From Patescibacteria group bacterium (GTDB lineage Bacteria > Patescibacteriota > Patescibacteriia > Patescibacteriales > UBA12465), in the NCBI GenBank assembly GCA_028687275.1, contig JAQUAK010000001.1, positions 507,024 to 571,023 of the forward strand: a stretch of DNA of 64,000 bases, written 5' to 3'. Positions 59,741 through 64,000 of the stretch are shown piece by piece. The stretch's first letter is position 1, and every line of letters begins with the position of its first letter. Position numbers and translations under genes: made by a program. The notes beneath the pieces were generated by a model. That model worked only from the letters and a program-made list of their open reading frames with translations, was not told the DNA's origin and made no database searches.

Positions 59741-59823
59741 TGGGCCGGGCTGGATTCGAACCCGCGAAGGCGTGAGCCAACAGATTTACAGTCTGTCCCG
59801 TTTGACCGCTTCGGTACCGACCC
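59741..59823 (-). tRNA. tRNA-Tyr(GTA)
   Basis: GGGTCGG..ACAGA-CTGTAAA-TCTGT, long variable arm, GGTTCGAATCC. Confidence 0.96.
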
Positions 59824-59945
59824 ATATATATTCTTAAAAGCTGTTCTCATTATATAAAATATCTCACAATTGTCAAACAACCGCGATTAGTCTTTAAAAC
59901 TACGCGGTTGTTATTTATCAATAATTATCTAATTAAATTGTATCA

Positions 59946-60308
59946 CTAAGCGCCCACGCCGATAATGACGAAACGGACCAAACCATAGGCAGAGAAAATA
60001 ACTACCAAGCCAATAGCTGCCCAAATTAATATATCTCTTCCCTTTTTCACTTGTTCAGCACTACCAGAAGATGTCATCCAAATAAGACCGCCATAGACAA
60101 ACATAACCAAGGCCAAGGAACCAACTATACCTAAGACACTATTAATCACTTTACCAATTAAAGTTTGTGGACTATCAATACCAGCCGACTTAAGGGGGTT
60201 GGTGAGACAGGGAGTGCCTTCAGTGCAGACAGCTAAACCACTTGAGGCAAACATAAACAATCCCAACATTATCAATAAACTAATAGAGTAAAAACGAAGC
60301 AATTTCAT
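59946..60308 (-). CDS. VirB2/TrbC-like pilin (CPR type)
   Basis: Signal peptide, LTNPL, two TM helices with YGGLIWMTSSG..V.KG...WAAIGL. Confidence 0.85.
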   Translation of the reverse strand: MKLLRFYSISLLIMLGLFMFASSGLAVCTEGTPCLTNPLKSAGIDSPQTLIGKVINSVLGIVGSLALVMFVYGGLIWMTSSGSAEQVKKGRDILIWAAIGLVVIFSAYGLVRFVIIGVGA

Positions 60309-60396
60309 ATAAGTATAATTAATGTAACAATTTTATTATATCAATAATTCAAGAAAATAAAAAGAGGTATTACTACAAGTAGCAATACCTCAACTA

Positions 60397-61575
60397 TCAA
60401 AGCACTTTAATTGTGACCGTTTGGTCAACTAGCGATTTGATTTTTAATTTGTTATCATTTGGCAATACTGAAAGCTGCCAAAGATTTAATTGACGATAAT
60501 CTTCATACATCAGAACCGCCTTATCACTTTCGTCGGTGCTTATACAGAAGTTACTACTCAGAATATGAAACTTTTTTGAAGTCTCACCGGCAACCATAAA
60601 AAAATTATGGGTGCCTATTCCTAGACTTACTAACTCTTCAGCTCCTACTGGGGAGGTGGCTTGAGCGACCTCTACTGAGCTTAAGGCTGCCATTGTTCCA
60701 ATCTGTAAAAGATTGGATTCAATCCAATAGCAGTTGCCGTTAACGTATGTGCCCTGTGCATTAGGCATTCTTATTTCAGTGAAAGATTGTCCTTGAAACA
60801 AGTAGACATCTTTTTTCTGATTACATAGCAATACTATATCCCCTTTTAACAGAGGTATAGGCATCATAGTGAGACTGACAATACTGTCGCCATTGATCTG
60901 AGCATTATAGACAACTTTCGTGTCTTTAATGATCTTAGCAAAGGTGGCGGCCGCATTTGTTTCTTTGCGGAAAGCGCCACGATCATTGGCAGTGGTAAAA
61001 ATTGCACCAATGGCATTGCGGTGACGTTCAGTCGCCCTAAAGCTATCAGGAGCAATAATTTTCCACGCACCAATGAGGCACATAATAAGAACCAGTGGCA
61101 TAACGATCTTTTCAAGCAGATTAAACTTACTGCTTAACATTGCCAGAAAGATGGCGACCAAGGCGGCAATCAGGGTTGTCTTCATCGTGAATACGTCTGG
61201 CGTCATCATCGCCAGAAAGCCCAAGAAGGCTAGCCAGGCGAAGAACGACCTCACAGAAGCTGGGACCACCTTATCAGTAGTCTTAAAAATTTTTAAGACC
61301 ACTCCTAAGGGCAACCAAACGATAAAGAAAATCGAGATTGCAGTTAGGAAGACAAGACCAGAAAATATTGGTGACCCAATTATCAGAGCAAAGACGACCC
61401 ATTCAAACATTACTACAATTATACTACCGGCAATCAGAGCATAGGCCCTGGTGACACCAAAGATTATCATTGCTATGTCTGAAATAACTTTTACAAATCC
61501 GTTACGAAAAGGCTGAGAAACAATAACGCCAATAACTAAAACAGCGGTAACGATTATAAACAAAATCTGAAACAT
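60397..61575 (-). CDS. Multi-TM hypothetical protein with soluble C-terminal domain
   Basis: Hydrophobic N-terminal half; SD AAGGAG; operon with 61602-62246. Confidence 0.75.
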   Translation of the reverse strand: MFQILFIIVTAVLVIGVIVSQPFRNGFVKVISDIAMIIFGVTRAYALIAGSIIVVMFEWVVFALIIGSPIFSGLVFLTAISIFFIVWLPLGVVLKIFKTTDKVVPASVRSFFAWLAFLGFLAMMTPDVFTMKTTLIAALVAIFLAMLSSKFNLLEKIVMPLVLIMCLIGAWKIIAPDSFRATERHRNAIGAIFTTANDRGAFRKETNAAATFAKIIKDTKVVYNAQINGDSIVSLTMMPIPLLKGDIVLLCNQKKDVYLFQGQSFTEIRMPNAQGTYVNGNCYWIESNLLQIGTMAALSSVEVAQATSPVGAEELVSLGIGTHNFFMVAGETSKKFHILSSNFCISTDESDKAVLMYEDYRQLNLWQLSVLPNDNKLKIKSLVDQTVTIKVL

Positions 61576-61601
61576 TTTTATCTCCTTTCTTACTTAGTTA
61601 A

Positions 61602-62246
61602 TTACTTACGAAATTTATCAGCCCAACGGCTGAGGGTGTTGGGAGCTGACATATCATGGCCGATATTATCGTAACCAATCTTGGCATTAGCAGCCGCATT
61701 CTTTGCCGTGTCGAGCACAGCTTCAGCAGCACTTTTAATTTTAGCGACGGAAAAAGAGTCTCCGGTCGGATTATTCATATTTCCGGCCTTAATAGCGAGA
61801 GCGATTTGCTCGTCTGTCATTGTAGCCCATAGGGCGATGGTTTGAGCGCCAGCGATATTAGCGGTAAAAGTTCTTTTTTCAAAAACTTTTTTACCATCCT
61901 TATCCAAGCGAATAACATCCCCGTCCATAACGGGGAAATTGACTGTTACGTCTTTCTCATTTTTCCCGATAATTTGCACTATCCTTAGCTTGGTAGGGCG
62001 AGGGAAAGAATCTATTACCTGAAGAATTCTGACCAGATCGGCCGGAGTTACATTCAATTCGGTTACGGCATAAGCCTGAGCCGAATTAAAAAGATACTCA
62101 TCATCAGTACCTAAACCGAAAATGTTGGCCTTTATAAACTGGCCACCATGTTTTGTGGCCCCCTCCATAAGAGAGGACAACAATTTTTCGATCAATTCAT
62201 GACCGAGAACAATACCTCCGATAGAGGCGACATTTTTTAGATTCAT
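61602..62246 (-). CDS. Hypothetical protein
   Basis: 214-aa ORF behind a TTGACA-N17-TATAAT promoter and a structured leader. Confidence 0.75.
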   Translation of the reverse strand: MNLKNVASIGGIVLGHELIEKLLSSLMEGATKHGGQFIKANIFGLGTDDEYLFNSAQAYAVTELNVTPADLVRILQVIDSFPRPTKLRIVQIIGKNEKDVTVNFPVMDGDVIRLDKDGKKVFEKRTFTANIAGAQTIALWATMTDEQIALAIKAGNMNNPTGDSFSVAKIKSAAEAVLDTAKNAAANAKIGYDNIGHDMSAPNTLSRWADKFRK

Positions 62247-62253
62247 CTTTTTT

Positions 62254-62394
62254 CCCTGGCTTACTTTACTCGTCCGAGGGTTCCGTTTTTATGTTGGTTT
62301 ATATTTCAGTTTTCAAAGATCTATCTGATTGTTAGGCGTTTTCACCCTATCTTATCAGACCCCAAATTATATCACATATTTATTAATATGTCAA
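62254..62394 (-). promoter_or_regulatory. Consensus promoter plus hairpin/boxA-like leader
   Basis: TTGACA(62394)-N17-TATAAT; hairpin 62324-62359 with GAAA loop; GATCTTTGAAAA at 62321-62310; second hairpin 62254-62280. Confidence 0.6.
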
Positions 62395-62535
62395 TATTTA
62401 GTACTAATAAACCTTATATTAGTATAAAATAAGGCTATTATTTCATGAAATATTAAAATCATCATTGACAAAATAAATCAATTATTTTATACTGACTGTA
62501 ATTCATTCATTCATTAACAAAAAAATACAAAAAAG

Positions 62536-62964
62536 ATGCCCAGCAGAAACAGATCCGCCGACACCGAAAGGATAAGGCAAAAACACCAAAAAGAAGCGGC
62601 CCAAAAAGCACCCATGGCTATTATCCTGAACCTGAAATCAGATGAGGATGATAAAATTTATTATGCCAAACAGATATTCATAAACGTCTTTGGCCGAATA
62701 TTGATTTTCTCTTATTCCCTCCCCTTAAACGGAAAATCTGGGGAGTTTGAGAGAATGACTAAACAGGCTGACTACCTTTTAATACTTGGGGACCCTAGCT
62801 CTGCCACGCCAGAGATAAATGAAAAGTTTGATATCATATTTAAAGCTAACTATGAAATTAAAATAATTAATCAGAGTGGCTTTAATTTTCCAGCCCTAAA
62901 TGGGAGAAAGACAACAGAAATCAAAAAATTAACCAAAACAGCAATCGAAAAAATAATATCATGA
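62536..62964 (+). CDS. Hypothetical protein
   Basis: Promoter TTGACA-N17-TATACT (62465-62493); ATGA overlap with the next gene. Confidence 0.7.
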   Translation: MPSRNRSADTERIRQKHQKEAAQKAPMAIILNLKSDEDDKIYYAKQIFINVFGRILIFSYSLPLNGKSGEFERMTKQADYLLILGDPSSATPEINEKFDIIFKANYEIKIINQSGFNFPALNGRKTTEIKKLTKTAIEKIIS

Positions 62965-63425
62965 GAGAAAAAATAAAAAAATCGGCACACGTGATTTTTT
63001 GGCACAACCACTACCCTGCCAAAAGTCGCAACAATCCTTACTTCGGACGAGGTGGGGATATTCACAAAATAACTGAAAAGATGACCAAAAACAAACTTTG
63101 CTGGAAATTCATCGGTGGCTTCATTAATGATGAAAGAGATGATTTTTGGGAATCTATTGCTAAGGCAGACGTTCTGTTTTCCCTGCCGGCGAACATGGAC
63201 TATAACGACATAGGCATGCACTGGGATGGAGCAGAAAAGTCCATGCTAGATGTGCTAACAAAAGTAAAAGAAAGAAACCCTAATATAAAAGTATTTTTCT
63301 TTGAAAATGACGTACACCATCTTGAGGATGAGCTTTCTACCCTAGGAGAATTCATTACCGATCTACACGGTGATGAATCTGTAATTAAATATTTTAAAAA
63401 ATTTTTTGCAAAAGTAAAAAAGTAG
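62961..63425 (+). CDS. Hypothetical protein
   Basis: 154-aa ORF followed by a terminator at 63441-63471. Confidence 0.7.
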   Translation: MREKIKKSAHVIFWHNHYPAKSRNNPYFGRGGDIHKITEKMTKNKLCWKFIGGFINDERDDFWESIAKADVLFSLPANMDYNDIGMHWDGAEKSMLDVLTKVKERNPNIKVFFFENDVHHLEDELSTLGEFITDLHGDESVIKYFKKFFAKVKK

Positions 63426-63482
63426 AAAATAATTAAAAGCAAAACCACCTGTTACTAAAACAGGTGGTCTTTATTTTATCTG

Positions 63483-63555
63483 AGCCGTTTTCGGGATTTG
63501 AACCCGAGACCTTTTCCTTACCATGGAAATGCTCTACCAACTGAGCTAAAACGGC
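63483..63555 (-). tRNA. tRNA-Thr(GGT)
   Basis: GCCGTTT..TTTCC-ATGGTAA-GGAAA..GGTTCAAATCC. Confidence 0.96.
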
Positions 63556-63558
63556 AAA

Positions 63559-63999
63559 TCAAACTTTATCCTCCAATAAATCAATCTTGGCCTTTAATTC
63601 ATCTAGCTTCTGATTATCAGGATTAGCAGCCGCTAATTGCTCCCAAGAAGTTAAAGCCAATTTTTTATCTTTTCTAATTATACTTAAATCAAAAATTAAA
63701 TCAAGGTAGCGCGGATTATTTGGTGCAGCGTCTAAAGCCTGTCTTGTATATTCTAAAGATTCATCAAACAAACCTAATTCGAAACAAACCCAAGCTAAAG
63801 AGAAATGAATTTCAGCAATAATTACGCCCTCCAACATCTCTGGATCACGACTCACTTTTAAAGCCATCTTTAGGGCGTGCTCTAAAGTTGCTTTAGCTTC
63901 TTGAAAATTTTTACGTAAACGATACGATTCTGCTAAATCTAAAAAAGCCAATAGACGCTTAGAATCCAAACTGATAATCTCAATTAAATTCTTTTCCGC
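63559..63999 (-). CDS. TPR-repeat protein, 5' end outside the window
   Basis: TPR helices (..ALDAAPNNPRY..); frame stays open to the window edge. Confidence 0.8.
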   Translation of the reverse strand, partial: AEKNLIEIISLDSKRLLAFLDLAESYRLRKNFQEAKATLEHALKMALKVSRDPEMLEGVIIAEIHFSLAWVCFELGLFDESLEYTRQALDAAPNNPRYLDLIFDLSIIRKDKKLALTSWEQLAAANPDNQKLDELKAKIDLLEDKV

Positions 64000-64000
64000 T

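Noticed and set aside
59659-59880. 73-aa ORF
   Set aside because: Overlaps tRNA-Tyr on the same strand; spurious.
2358-63448. Many 60-130 aa antisense or nested ORFs in the track (e.g. 30996, 45990, 53718, 61073, 62871)
   Set aside because: They lie within well-supported genes and show no family motifs or expression signals.
6254-63555. All five tRNA genes lack an encoded CCA
   Set aside because: Common in bacteria that use a CCA-adding enzyme.
1-64000. Alternative genetic code, prophage, IS element or CRISPR array
   Set aside because: TGA terminates conserved genes such as hisS, dus and rrf2; no integrase, transposase, phage structural gene or repeat-spacer array was recognised.

Overview
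AT-rich chromosomal segment read with the standard genetic code. Gene content suggests a Patescibacteria/CPR bacterium, probably Parcubacteria/Falkowbacteria-like; this is inferred from the short TsaB, Pif1, VirB2-like pilin, ADP-forming acetate-CoA ligase, many ORFans and mostly SD-less starts. Most genes are on the minus strand. The window holds housekeeping genes (rsmH, mraZ, tsaB, dus, cysS, hisS, rnhB, rarA, greA, rpmG, mutM), five CCA-less tRNAs, a complete Rrf2-sufCBDSU operon, a MacAB-type ABC exporter, an ECF sigma with a likely anti-sigma, and several small ORFs missed by the ORF track. The most notable items are: (1) an EamA/DMT transporter fused to a riboflavin kinase domain; (2) a tandem array of self-contained gene cassettes at the 3' end of a tRNA-Trp, separated by a diverged repeat that starts like the tRNA end; (3) boxA-like leaders in front of several accessory genes; (4) a tRNA-Trp with jointly altered D- and T-loops; (5) a shared ECF promoter motif (GGAAG-N16-CGTA) that defines a small regulon; (6) two promoter-to-terminator sRNA/leader candidates. 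No integrase, transposase, CRISPR array or rRNA was seen. All family calls come from motif recognition by eye, not from database searches.
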